DNA of 64,000 nt, from assembly GCF_009914755.1 (NCBI RefSeq), contig NC_060941.1, one strand, 5' to 3'. The notes below the pieces were generated by a model. That model searched no databases and had not been told where the DNA came from. It was given only the letters and a program-made list of their open reading frames with translations. Shown one piece after another: positions 1 to 12,399 of the stretch. This stretch comes from the human T2T-CHM13v2.0 reference genome, Homo sapiens. The translations under genes and the position numbers were made by a program. Each line of letters opens with the position of its first letter. The stretch's first letter is position 1.

Positions 1-3000
1 CACTCCAGCCTGCGTGACAGAGTGAGATCTTGTCGAAAGAAAGGAATGGAATAGAATGGACTTAGAATGGAATGGAATGGAATGGAATGGAATAGAGTGT
101 AGTGGAGTGGAATGGAATGGAGTGGTATGGATTGTTATGGAATGGAATGGAATGGAGTGGAGTGGAGTGGGGTGGAATGGAGTTTAGTGGAATGAAGTGG
201 AATGGAATGGGATCGAATGGAACAGTGTGGAGTGGAGTGGAAAGGTGTAGAATGAAATGGAATGGAATGGAGTTGAATGGAGTGGAGTGGAGTTGATTGG
301 ATTGGAATGGAGTGGAGTAGAATGGAGTGGAGTGGAATGGAGTGGAGTGGGGTGGAGTGGAGTAGAATGGAATGGAATGGAATGAATGGAATGGAATTCA
401 AAGGAATGGAATGGAATGGATTGGAATGGAATGGAATGGAATGGAATGGAAAGGTGTAATGAAATGTGAGCTGAGATTATGCACTGCACTCCAGCCTTGG
501 TGACAGAGTGAGTTCCTGTTGGAAGAAAGGAATGGAATGGAATGGATTTTCAATGGAATGTAATGGAATGCAGTGGATTGTAGTGCGGTGGAGTGGAATG
601 GAGTAGAATGGAGTGGAATAGAGTGGAATGGAATGGGATGGAATGGATTGGAGTGTAGTGGCCTGGAGTGGAAAGTTGTAGAATGGAATGGAATGGAATA
701 TAGTGGAGTGGAGTGTAAGGGTGTTGATTGCAGTGGAAGGGAATGGAGTGGAATGGAGTTGAGTGGAGTGGAAAGGAGCAGAGTCGAGTGGAGTGGAGGG
801 GAGTGAAGTGGAATGGAATGGAACGGAGTGGAGTAGAATGACTGGAGTGCAGTGGAATTGACTGGAGTGGAATGGAATGGACTGGAGTGGAATGGAATGG
901 AGTGCAGTAGAGTGGAGTGGAATGGAGTGCAGTGGAGTGGATTGGAGTGGACTGGAGTGGTGTGGAATGGAGTAGAATGTAATGGGATGGAATGGAATTC
1001 AATGGAGTGGAGTGGAGGGGAATGGAGGGCAGTGGAATGGAATGTGAAGGAATGGAATTGAACAGAGTGGAGTGGAGTGGAATGGAATGCAATGGAATGC
1101 AATGGAGTGTAATGGAATGGAATGGAATGCAATGGAATGGAATGGTGAAATGAAATGTGAGCTGAGATTGTGCACTGCACTCCAGCCTGGGTGAGAGGGT
1201 GAGATCCTGTCAAAAGAAAGGAATGGAATGGAATGGAATGGAATGGATTTAGAATGGAATAAAATGGAATGGAATGGAATGGAGTGGAGTGGAGTGGAAT
1301 GGAATGGAATCGAATAGAATCAAATCGAATCCAATCTAATCTAATTAAATCGAATCGAATAGAATTAAATCAAATGGAATTGAATGGAATTGAACAGAAT
1401 CAAATGGAAAAAATGGAATGGAACGGAATCGAATTGAATCGAACTGAATGGAATAGAATGGCATTGAAGGGAATCGAATGGAATTCTATAAAGTAGAAAG
1501 CAGTGGACAGGAATGGAGTGGAATGGAATGGGGAGGAATTGAATTGAATGGAGGGGAGTGGAGTGGAATGGAGTGGAACGGAATGGAATGGGAAGGAATG
1601 GAATTGAACCAAGTGGAGTGGCATGGAGTGAAATGGAATGCAATGGAATGGAATGGAATGGAATGGTGAAATGAAATGTGAGCTGAGACTGTGCACTGCA
1701 CTCCAGCTTGGGTGACAGAGTGAAATCCTGTTGAAAGAAATGAATGGAATGGAATGGATTTAGAATGGAATGGAATGGAATGGAGTGGAGTGGATTGGAG
1801 TGGCGTGGAGTGGAGTGGAACGGAGTGGTTTGGATTGTTATGGAATGGAATGGAATGGAGTTGAGTGGAGTGCAGTGGGGTGGAGTGGAATTGAGTGGAG
1901 TGGAGTAGAAAGGTGCAGAATGGAATGGAGTGGAATGGAGCAGAGGGGAGGGGAGTGGAGTTGAGTGGAGTGGAATGGAATGGAGTGGAGTGGAATGGAG
2001 TGGAGGGCTGTAGAATGGAATGGAGTGGAGCAGAGTGGAGTGAAGTGGAGTGGAATGGACTGCAGTGGATTCGAATTGACTGGAGTGGAATGGAATGGAC
2101 GTGAGTGGAATGGAATGGATTGAAGTGGAATGCAGTGGAATGGAGTGAAGTGGAGTGGTATGGAGTGGAATGGAATGGAATGGATTGGAATGGAATGGAA
2201 TGGAATGGAATGTATTGGTATGGAATGGAGTGGAATGGAATGGAACGGAATGCAATGGAATGGATTGGAATGGAATGGCATGGAATGCAAGGGAAACGAA
2301 TGGATTGGAATCAAATGGAAACGAATGGAATTGAGTGGAATGAAATCGAATGGAATGGAATCAAATGACATCGAATGGAATTGAAACGAATGTGGTGAAC
2401 TGGAGAGGAGTGTCATGGAATGTGGTGGAATGGACTGGGGTGGAATGGAATTGAATGGAGTGGACTGGAGTGGAGTGGAATGTAATGCGATAGAATGGAA
2501 TGGAATGGAAAGGTGAAATAAAATGTGAGTTGAGATTGTGCACTAACTCCAGCCAGGGTGAAAGAGTGAGATCCTGTCGAAAGAAAGGAAGAGAATGGAA
2601 TAGATTTAGAATGGAATGGAATGGAGTGGCGTGAATTGGATTGGAGTGGAGTGGAGTGGAATTGTGTGGAATGGAATTGAGTGGAGTGGAATGGAATGGA
2701 ATGAAATGGAGTGGAATGGAGTGGAATCGTTTGGAGTGGAATGGAATGGAATGGGGTGGAGTGGAATGGAGTGGAATGCAGTGGAATGGAGTGGAATGGA
2801 ATGGAGTGGGGTGGAATGGAGTGGCGTGGAATGCAATGGAGTGGAATGGAATGGAATGGAATGAAATGGAAAGGAATGGAACGCACTGGAGTGGAATGGA
2901 ACTGACTGGAATGGAATGGAATCGAATCGAATCAAATCTACTCAAATCAAGTCAAATCGAATCAAATGGAATAGAATGGAATTGAATGGAATCAAATAGA

Positions 3001-4116
3001 ACAAATGGAATCAAAATGAATCGAATGGAACCGAATCGAATGGAATCGAATGGCATGGAATAGAATCAAAAGCAATGCGGTGAAAAGGAGTGGAGTGGAG
3101 TGGAAAGGATTGGAATGAAATGGGGTGCAATGGAATTGAATGGAGTGGAGTGCAGTGCAGTGGAATTGAGTGTAGTGGAATGGAATGGGAACGAATGGAA
3201 TTGAATGGAGTGGAGTAGAATTGAGTGGAGTGGAATGAAATGAAATGGAATGGAATCGAATAGAATGGAATGGAATGGAATGGAATGGAATGGAATGGAA
3301 TGGAATGGAATTGAATGGAATTGAAAGGAATCGAATGGAATCAAATGGTTTCGAATCAAATTGAAACAAATCAAATCAAATGGAATCGAGTGGAATTGAA
3401 TGGAATAGAATGAAATCAAATGGAAAAAATGAAACTGAATGGAATCGAATGGAGTCGAATTGAATGGAATCGAGTGGCATCGAACAGAATCAAATGAAAT
3501 GCGATGAAATGTACTGGAGTGGAATGGAATGGAGTGGAATGGAATAGGGTGGAATGGAATTGAATGGAGCGGACAGGAGTGGAATGCATTGGAATGGAAT
3601 GGAATGGGAAGGAATGGATTTGAACGGAGTGGAGTGGAGTTGAGTGGAGTGGAGTGGCATGGAATGGAATGGAATGGAATGGAATGGAATGGAATTTAAT
3701 GGAATGGAATGGTGAAATGAAAGGTGAGCTGAGATTGTGCACTGCACTCCAGCCTGGGTGACAGAGTGAGATCCTTTTGAAAGAAAGGAATGGAATGGAA
3801 TCGAATGAAATCAAATGGATGTAATAGAATTGAATGGAAAGCAATCGAATAGCATCGAATGGAATCGAATGGAATGCGGTGAAGTGGAGTGGAGTGGAAT
3901 GGAGTGGAATGGAATGGGGTGGAATGGAATTGAATGGAGCAGAGTGGAGTGGGGTGGAATGGAGTGGAGTGGAATGAAAAGGGAAGGAATGGAATTGAAC
4001 AGAGTGGAGTAGAGTGGAGTGGAATGGAATGAAACGGAATGGAATGGAATGGAATGGTAAAATGTGAGCTGAGACGGTGCACTGCACTCCAGCCTGAGTG
4101 ACAGAGTGAGATCCTT

Positions 4117-5908
4117 TTGAAACAAAGGAAAGGAATGGAATGGATTTAGAATGGAATGTAATGGAATGGATTCAGAATGGAATAGAATGGAAAGGAGTGG
4201 ATTGGAGTGGAGTGGAGTGGAGTGGAGTGGAGTGGAATGGAGTGGAATGGAATGGAGTGAAGTGGAATGGAATGGACTGGAATGGAGTGCAATGGAGTGG
4301 AGTGGAATGGAAGGGAATGAAATGGAGTGGAGTGCAGTGGAATGGGGTGGAGTGGAGTGGAATAGAATGGAATGGAATGGAGTGGAATGGAATTGAATGG
4401 AATGCAGTGGAATGTAGTGGAGTGGAGTGGAATGGAGTGGAGTGGAATGGAGTATAATGGAGTGAAGTGGAGTGGAGTGGAGTGGAGTAGAATGAAGTGA
4501 CGTGGAATGAAGTGGAATGGAATGGATTGGAATGGAATGGATTGGAATCAAATGGAATGGAATGGAACCGAATGGAATGGAATCGAATGAAATCAAATGG
4601 AATGGAATACAATCGAATGGAATGGAATCGAATGAAATCAAATGGAATGGAATACAATAGAATGGAATGGAATCAAATGGCATCGAATGGAATCGAATGG
4701 AATGCAGTGAAGTGGAGTGGAGTGGAGTGGAATGGAGAGGAATGGAATGGGGTGGAATGGAATTGAATGGAGCAGAGTGGAGTGGGGTGGAATGGAGTGG
4801 AGTGGAATGGAATGGGAAGGAATGGAATTGAACGGAGTGGAGTGCAGTGAAGGGGAGTGGAATGGAATACTATGGAATGGAATGGAATGGAATGGAATGG
4901 AATGGAATGGAATGGAATGGAATTCAATGGAATGGAATGGAATGGAATGGTGAAATCAAATGTGAGCTGAGATTGTGCACTGCACTCCAGCCTGAGTGAC
5001 AGAGTGAGATCCTTTTGAAACAAAGGAAAGGAATGGAATGGATTTAGAATGGAATGTAATGGAATGGATTCAGAATGGAATAGAATGGAAAGGAGTGGAT
5101 TGGAGTGGAGTGGAGTGGAGTTGAGTGGAGTGGAATGGAGTGGAATGGAATGGAGTGAAGTGGAATGGAATGGACTGGAATGGAGTGCAATGGAGTGGAG
5201 TGGAATGGAAGGGAATGAAGTGGAGTGGAGTGCAGTGGAATGGGGTGGAGTGGAGTGGAATAGAATGGAATGGAATGGAGTGGAATGGAATTGAATGGAA
5301 TGCAGTGGAATGTAGTGGAGTGGAGTGGAATGGAGTGGAGTGGAATGGAGTAGAATGGAGTGAAGTGGAGTGGAGTGGAGTGGAGTGGAGTGGAGTGGAG
5401 TAGAATGAAGTGACGTGGAATGAAGTGGAATGGAATGGATTGGAATGGAATGGATTGGAATCAAATGGAATGGAATGGAACCGAATGGAATGGAATCGAA
5501 TGAAATCAAATGGAATGGAATACAATCGAATGGAATGGAATCGAATGGCATCAAATGGAATGGAATACAGTCGAATGGAATGGAATCGAATGGCATCAAA
5601 TGGAATCGAATGGAATGCAGTGAAGTGGAGTGGAGTGGAGTGGAATGGAGAGGAATGGAATGGGGTGGAATGGAATTGAATGGAGCAGAGTGGAGTGGGG
5701 TGGAATGGAGTGGAGTGGAATGGAATGGGAAGGAATGGAATTGAACGGAGTGGAGTGCAGTGAAGGGGAGTGGAATGGAATACTATGGAATGGAATGGAA
5801 TGGAATGGAATGGAATGGAATGGAATGGAATGGAATGGAATGGTGAAATCAAATGTGAGCTGAGATTGTGCACTGCACTCCAGCCTGAGTGACAGAGTGA
5901 GATCCTTT
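4117..5908 (+). repeat. Recent ~895-bp tandem duplication of one composite monomer
   Basis: Near-identical unique landmarks repeat: aacaaaggaaagg...gattcagaatgg at ~4121 and ~5019, gaagtgacgtgg at ~4494 and ~5408, gaatactatgg at ~4865 and ~5778. Confidence 0.9.
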
Positions 5909-8900
5909 CAAAAGAAAGGAACATAATGGAATGGATTTAGAAAGGAATGTAATGGAATGGATTTAGAATGGAATGGAATGGAATAGTGTGGATTGGAGTG
6001 GAGTGGAATTCAGCGGAGTTGAATGGAGTGGAATGGAATGGAGTGGAGTGGAATGGAATGGAATGGAGTGCAATGGAGTGGAATGGAATGGAGTGGAGTG
6101 GAGTGGAATGAAATGGAGTGGAAAATAATGGAATGGAGTGGAATGGAATTGAATGGAATGGAGTGGAGTAGAGTGTAATGGAGTGGAGTGGAATGGAGTG
6201 GATTAGAGTGTAATGGAGTGGAGTGGAGTGGAGTGGAATGGAGTAGAGTGGAATGGAGTGGAATGTAATGGAAGGGAATGGAATGGAATGGAATCGAATG
6301 AAACAGAATTCAATGGAATGGAATGGAACAGAATGGAATGGAATGGAATGGCATCGAATGGATTCGAATGAAATGTGGTGAAGTGGAGTGGAGTGGAGTG
6401 GAATGGAGTCAAAAAAATGGGGTGGAATGGAATTGAATGAAGTAGAGTGCAGTGGAGTGGAATGGAGTGGAGTGGAATTGACTGGGAAGGAATGGAATTG
6501 AACAGAGTGGGGTTGAGTGGAGTGGAATGGAATGCAACGGAATGGGATGGAATGGTGAAATGAAATGTGAGCTCAGATTGTGCACTGCACTCCAACATGG
6601 GTGACACAGTGAGATCCTGTCAAAAGAAAGGAATGGAATAGAATGGATTTACAATGGAATGTAATGGAATGGAGTGGAGTGGAGTGGCATGGAGTGGAAT
6701 GGAGTGGTTTGGATAGTTATACAATGGAATGGAATGGAGTGGAGTGGAGTAGTGTGGAGTGTAGTGGAATCGAGTGGAATGGAATGGGATGGAATGGAAG
6801 AGAGTAGAGTGGAGTTGAGTGGAGTGGAAAGGTGTAGAAAGAAATGGAATGCAATGGAGAGGAGTGGAGTGGAGGGCAGTTGAGTGGAGTGGATTGGAGT
6901 GCAGTTAAATGAAGTGAAATGGAGTGGAGTGGAGTGGAGTCGAGTGGAAAGGTGTAGAATGGAATGCAATGGAAAAGAGAGGAATGGAGTGGAGTGGAAT
7001 GGAGTAGACTGTAGTGGAGTGGAATTGAGTGGAATGGAATAGAACGAAATGGAAGGGAATGTAATGTAATGGAATGGAATGGAATGGAATGCAATGGAAT
7101 TGAATCGAAGGGAATGGAATGGAATCGAATAGAATGGAATCGAACGGAATTGAGTGGATTCAAATGCATTGGAATGGAAATGAATGGAATGGAATCGAAT
7201 GGAATGCGGTGAAATGGAGTGGAGTGGAGTTGAATGGAGTGGAATGAAAAGGGATAGAATGGAAATGAATGGAGTGGAGTGGAGTAGAATGGAGTGGAGT
7301 GGAATGGAATGGGAAGGAATGGAATTGAATGGAGGGGAGTGGAGTGGAGTGGAATGAAATGCAATGGAACAGAATCGAATGGAATGGTGAAAGGAAATGT
7401 GAAATGAGACTGCACACTGCACTCCAGCCTGGGTGAGACAGTGAGATCCTGTCGAAAGAAAGGAAAGGAATAGAATGGATTTAGAATGGAATATAATGGA
7501 ATGGATTTAGAATGGAATATAATGGAATGGATTTAGAATGGAATGTAACGGAATGGAGTGCAGTGGAGTGGAGTGGAATGGACGACTGGAGTGGAGTGGA
7601 ACGGAATGGGATGAGTTGTTACGGAATGGAATGCAATGGAGTGGAATGGAGTGCTGTGGGGTGGAATGGAGTGGAGTGGAATGGAATGGGATGGAATGGA
7701 ATGGAGAGGAGTGGAGTGGAGTGGAAATATGTAGAATGGAATGGAATGGAGTGGAGTGGAATTGAGTGGAGTGGAATGGAGTGGAGTGGAATGGAGTGGA
7801 GTGGAGTGGAGTAGAGTGGAGTTTAGTGGAATGGAGTGGAATGAATTGGAATGAAAGGGAGTGGAGTGGAGTGGAGTGGAATGGAGTGGAGTGGATTGGA
7901 ATGAAAGGGAGTGGAGTGGAGTGGAGTGGAGTGGAATGGAATGGACTGCAATGGATTGGAATGGAAAGGAATTGAATGCAATGGAATGGAATGGCATGGA
8001 ATGGTGAAATGAAATGTGAGCTGAGATTGTGCACTGCACTCCAGCCTGGGTGAGAGAGTGAGATCCTGTCGAAAGAAAGGAATGAAATGGAATGCATTTA
8101 GAAAGAATGGAATGGAATGGAATGGAATGGAGTGAAATGGAGTGGAGTGGAATGGAGTGGAGTGGAGTGGAATGGAATGGAATTGAATGGAATCGAATCG
8201 AATTTACTGGACTCGAGTTGAATGGAATCGAATGGAATGGAATTGAATCGAATCGAATTGAGTGGAATCGAGTCGAATGGAATCGAATGGAATGAAATGG
8301 AATCGAATGGAAAAAATGGATTCAAATGAAATTGAATCAAATGGAATCGAATGGCATCAAATGGAATCGAACGGAATGTGGTTAAGTGAAATGGAGTGGA
8401 ATGGAATGGAGTGTAATGGAATGCAGTGGAATGGAATTCCATGGAGTGGAGTGGAGTGGAGTGGAATGGAATCGAATGGAATGGAATGGGAAGGAATGGA
8501 ATTGACCGGAGTGGAGTGGAGTAGAGTGGAATGCAATGCAATGCAATGGAATCGAATGGAATGGAATGGAATGGTGAAATGAAATGTGAGCTGAGATTGT
8601 GCACTTCAGTGCAGCCTGGGTGATAGAGTGAGATCCTGTCAAAAGAAAGGAATGGAATGGAATGGATTTAGAATGGAATGGAGTGGCGTGGAGTGGAGTG
8701 GAGTGCAGTGCTATGGAGTGGTATGGATTGTTATGGAATGGAATGGAGTGGAGTGGGGTGGAATGGAGAGGACTGGAATGGAGTGGAATGGAATGGGATG
8801 GAATGGAATGGAGTGGAGTGGATAGGAAATGTGTAGAATGGAATGGAATGGAATGGAGTTGAGTGGAGTGGAGTGGAGTTGAGTGGAATGGAATGGAATG

Positions 8901-9430
8901 GAGTGGAATGGAGTGTAGTGGAATGGAGTTGAGTGGAATGGAATGGAATGGAGTGGAATGGAGTGAAGTGGAATGCAGTGTAATGGAATGGAGTTGAGTG
9001 GAATGGAATGGAATGGAGTGGAATGGAGTGAAGTGGAATGCAGTGTAATGGAATAGAGTTGACTGGAATGGAATGGAATGGAATGAAGTGGAATGGAGTG
9101 AAGTGGAATGCAGTGTAATGGAATAGAGTTGAGTGGAATGGAATGGAATGGAGTGTAATGGAATGGAGTTGAGTGGAAGGGAATGGAATGGAGTGGAAAG
9201 CAGTGTAGTGGAATGGAGTGGAGTGGGTTGTAGTGGAGTGGAATGGAATGAAATGGAATGGAATGGAAAGGAATGGAATGGAATGGAATGGAATAAATGG
9301 TGAAATGAAATGTGAGCTGAGATTGTGCACTGCACTCCAGCCTTGGTGACAGAGTGAGATTCCGTCGAAAGACAGGAATGGAACGGAATGGATTTACAAT
9401 GGAATGTAATGTAATGGAGTGGAGTGGAGT

Positions 9431-9730
9431 GGCGTGGAGTGGAGTGGAGTGGAATTGAGTGGAATGGACGGTTATGGAATGGAATGGAATGGAGTGGAGT
9501 GGAGTGGAGTGTGGTGGAGTGGAGTGGAAATGAATGGAGTTGAATGGAAAGGGATGGAATGGAATGAAGGGGAGTGGAGTGGCGTGGAGTGGAGTGGAGT
9601 GGAATTGAGTGGAATGGACGGTTATGGAATGGAATGGAATAGAGTGGAGTGGAGTGGAGTGTGGTGGAGTGGAGTGGAGATGAATGGAGTTGAATGGAAA
9701 GGGATGGAATGGAATGAAGGGGAGTGGAGT
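9431..9730 (+). repeat. 150-bp near-perfect tandem duplication inside a monomer
   Basis: ggcgtggag...ggacggttatgg...ggaatgaaggggagtggagt occurs at 9431-9580 and 9581-9730; it appears single-copy in the paralogous monomer near 24785. Confidence 0.88.
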
Positions 9731-12399
9731 GGCATGGAGTGGAGTGGAGTGGAATTTAGTGGTATGGATGTTTATGGAATGGAATGGAATGGAATGGAGT
9801 TGAGTGGAGTGGAGTGGGGTGGAGTGGAGTGGAAGGGACTGGAGTGGAATGGAATGGGATGGAATGGAATGGAGAGGAGTGCAGTGGAGTGGAAAGGTGT
9901 AGAATGGAATGGAACGGAATATAGTGGAGTGGAGTGGAGGGGAGTTGAGTGCAGTGAAATGGAATGGAGTGGAATGAAATGGAGTGGAATGGAGAAGAGT
10001 GGAGTGGAGTGGAATCGAGCAGAGTGGAGTGAAGTGAAGTGGAGTGGAATGGAATGGAGTGGAGTGGAATGGAATGGAGTGGAATGGAATGGACTGGAGA
10101 TGAATGGTATGGAGTGGAATGGAATGGAATGGAGTGCAGTAGAGTGCAGTGGAGTAGAGTGGAGTGGAGTGGAATGAAGTGGAAAGGACTGCAGTGTAGT
10201 GGAATGGAGTGGAATGGAATGGAATGGATTGGAGTGGAGTGGCATGGAGTGCAGTGCAATGGAGTGGAGTGGAATGGAATGGAACGGAATGAAATGGAAT
10301 GGAATTGAAGGGAATCAAGTGGAATGGAATGGAATGCGATGAAATGGTGTGGAGAGGAGTGGAATGGAACGGGGTGGAATAGAATCCAATGGAGTGGAGT
10401 GCAGTTTAGTGGCATGGAGTGGAGTGGAATGGAATGGGAAGGAAAGTAATTGAACAGAGTGGAGTTTAGTGGAGTGAAGTGGAATGCAGTGGAATGGAAT
10501 GGTGAATTGAAATGTGAGCTGAGATTGTGCAGTGCACTCCAGCCTGGGTGACCTAGTGAGATCCTGTCAAAAGAAACGAATGGAATGGAACAGATGTAAA
10601 ATGGAATGTAATGGAATCGACTGGAGTGGAGTGGAGTTGCGTGGAGTGGAGTGGAGTGCAGTGGAATGGAGTGGTATGGATTCTTATGGAATGGAATGGA
10701 ATGGAATGGAATGGAGTGGAGTGGGGTGAAGTGGAGTGAAGTGTAATGGAGTGTAATGGAATGGGATGGAATGGAATGGAGTGGAGTGGGGTGGAGTGGA
10801 AAGGTGTAGAATGGAATGGAGTATAGTGGAGCGGAGTGGAGTCAAGGGTAGTTGGGTGCAGTGGAATGGAAGGGAGTGGAGTGGAGTGGAATGGAGTGGA
10901 GTGGAGTGCAGTGAAGTGCAGTGGAGTGGAATGGAATGGAGTGGAGTGGAATGGAAAGGAGTGGAGTGGAATGGGCTGCCATTTAGTGGAATGGACTGGA
11001 ATGGAATGGAATGCACTGGGTTGGAATGGTATGGAGTGGAGTGGAATGGAATGGAGTGCAGTGGAGTGGAGTGGAATGCAGTGGAGACGAATGGAGTAGA
11101 ATGGACCTGACTGGAGTGGAATGCAGTGGAGTGGAATGGAGTAGAATGGAACTGACTGGAGTGAAATGGAGTGGAATGGAATGGAGTGGAGTGGAGTGGA
11201 ATGGAGTGCAGTGCAATGGAGTGGAGTGAAGGGGAGTGGAATGGAATGGAATAGAATGGAATCGAAAGAAATCAAATGGAATGGAATGGAATAGAATGGA
11301 ATGGAATGCATTGAAATGTTGTGGAGTGGAGTGGAATGGACTGGAATAGAATGGGGTGGAATGGAATTCAATAGAGTGGAGTGGAGTGGAATGGCATGGA
11401 GTGGAATGGAATGGGAAGGAATGGAATTGAACGGAGTGGAGTGGAGGGGATTGAAGTGGAATGGAATGCAATGGAATGGAATGGAGAAATTAAATGTGAG
11501 CTGAGATTATGCACTGCACTCCAGCCTGGGTGACCTAGTGAGAACCTCTCAAAATAAAGGAATGGAATGGAATGGATTTGAAATGGAATGTAATGGAATG
11601 GAGTGGAGTGGAGTGGAATGGAGTGGAGTGGAATGGAGTGGAATGGAGTGGTATGGATTTTTATGGAATGGAATGGAATGCAGTGGACTGGAGTGGGGTG
11701 TAGTGCAGTGGAATGGAGTTGAACGGAATGTAATGGAGTGGAGTGGAGTGGAATGGTGTAGAATGGAGTGGAATGGAGTGGAGTAGAGTGGTTGGAGTTG
11801 AGTGGAGTGGATTGGAGTGCAGTGGAATCAGTGGAATGGAGTTGAATGGAGTGGAGTGGAATGGAGTGGAGTGGAGTGGAGTGGAATGGAATGGAGAGGA
11901 ATGGAATGTAATCAAATGGAATGGAACGGAATCAAATTGAATCAAATCAAATAGAATGGCATCGAATGGAAACGATTGAAATGCAGTGAAGTGGAGTGGA
12001 GTGGAAAGGTGTAGAATGGAATGGAGTGGAGAGAAGTGGAGTGGAATTTAGTGGAGTGGATTGGAGTGCAGTGGAATGGAGTGGAGTGTATTGCAGTAGA
12101 GTGGAGTGGAGTGGAATGGAATAGAATGAAACGGGATGGAGTGAAATGGAATGGAAGGCAATGGAATGGAATGGAATGGAATGGAATGGAATGGAATCGA
12201 ATGGAATGGAATCGAATGGAATGGAATCGAATGGAATTGAATGGAGTCGAATGCAATGGAATGGAAATGAATGGAATGGAATCGAATGGAATGTGGTGAA
12301 ATGGAGTGGAGTGGATTTGAATGGAGTGGAATGAAAAGGGGTGGAATAGAAATGAATGGAGTGGAGTAGAGTGGAATGGAGTGGAGTGGAATGGAATAG

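Noticed and set aside
1337-1347. TAATCTAATTA, a near match to the DUX4 motif
   Set aside because: A single imperfect hit arising from pentamer decay; not seen recurring across monomers.
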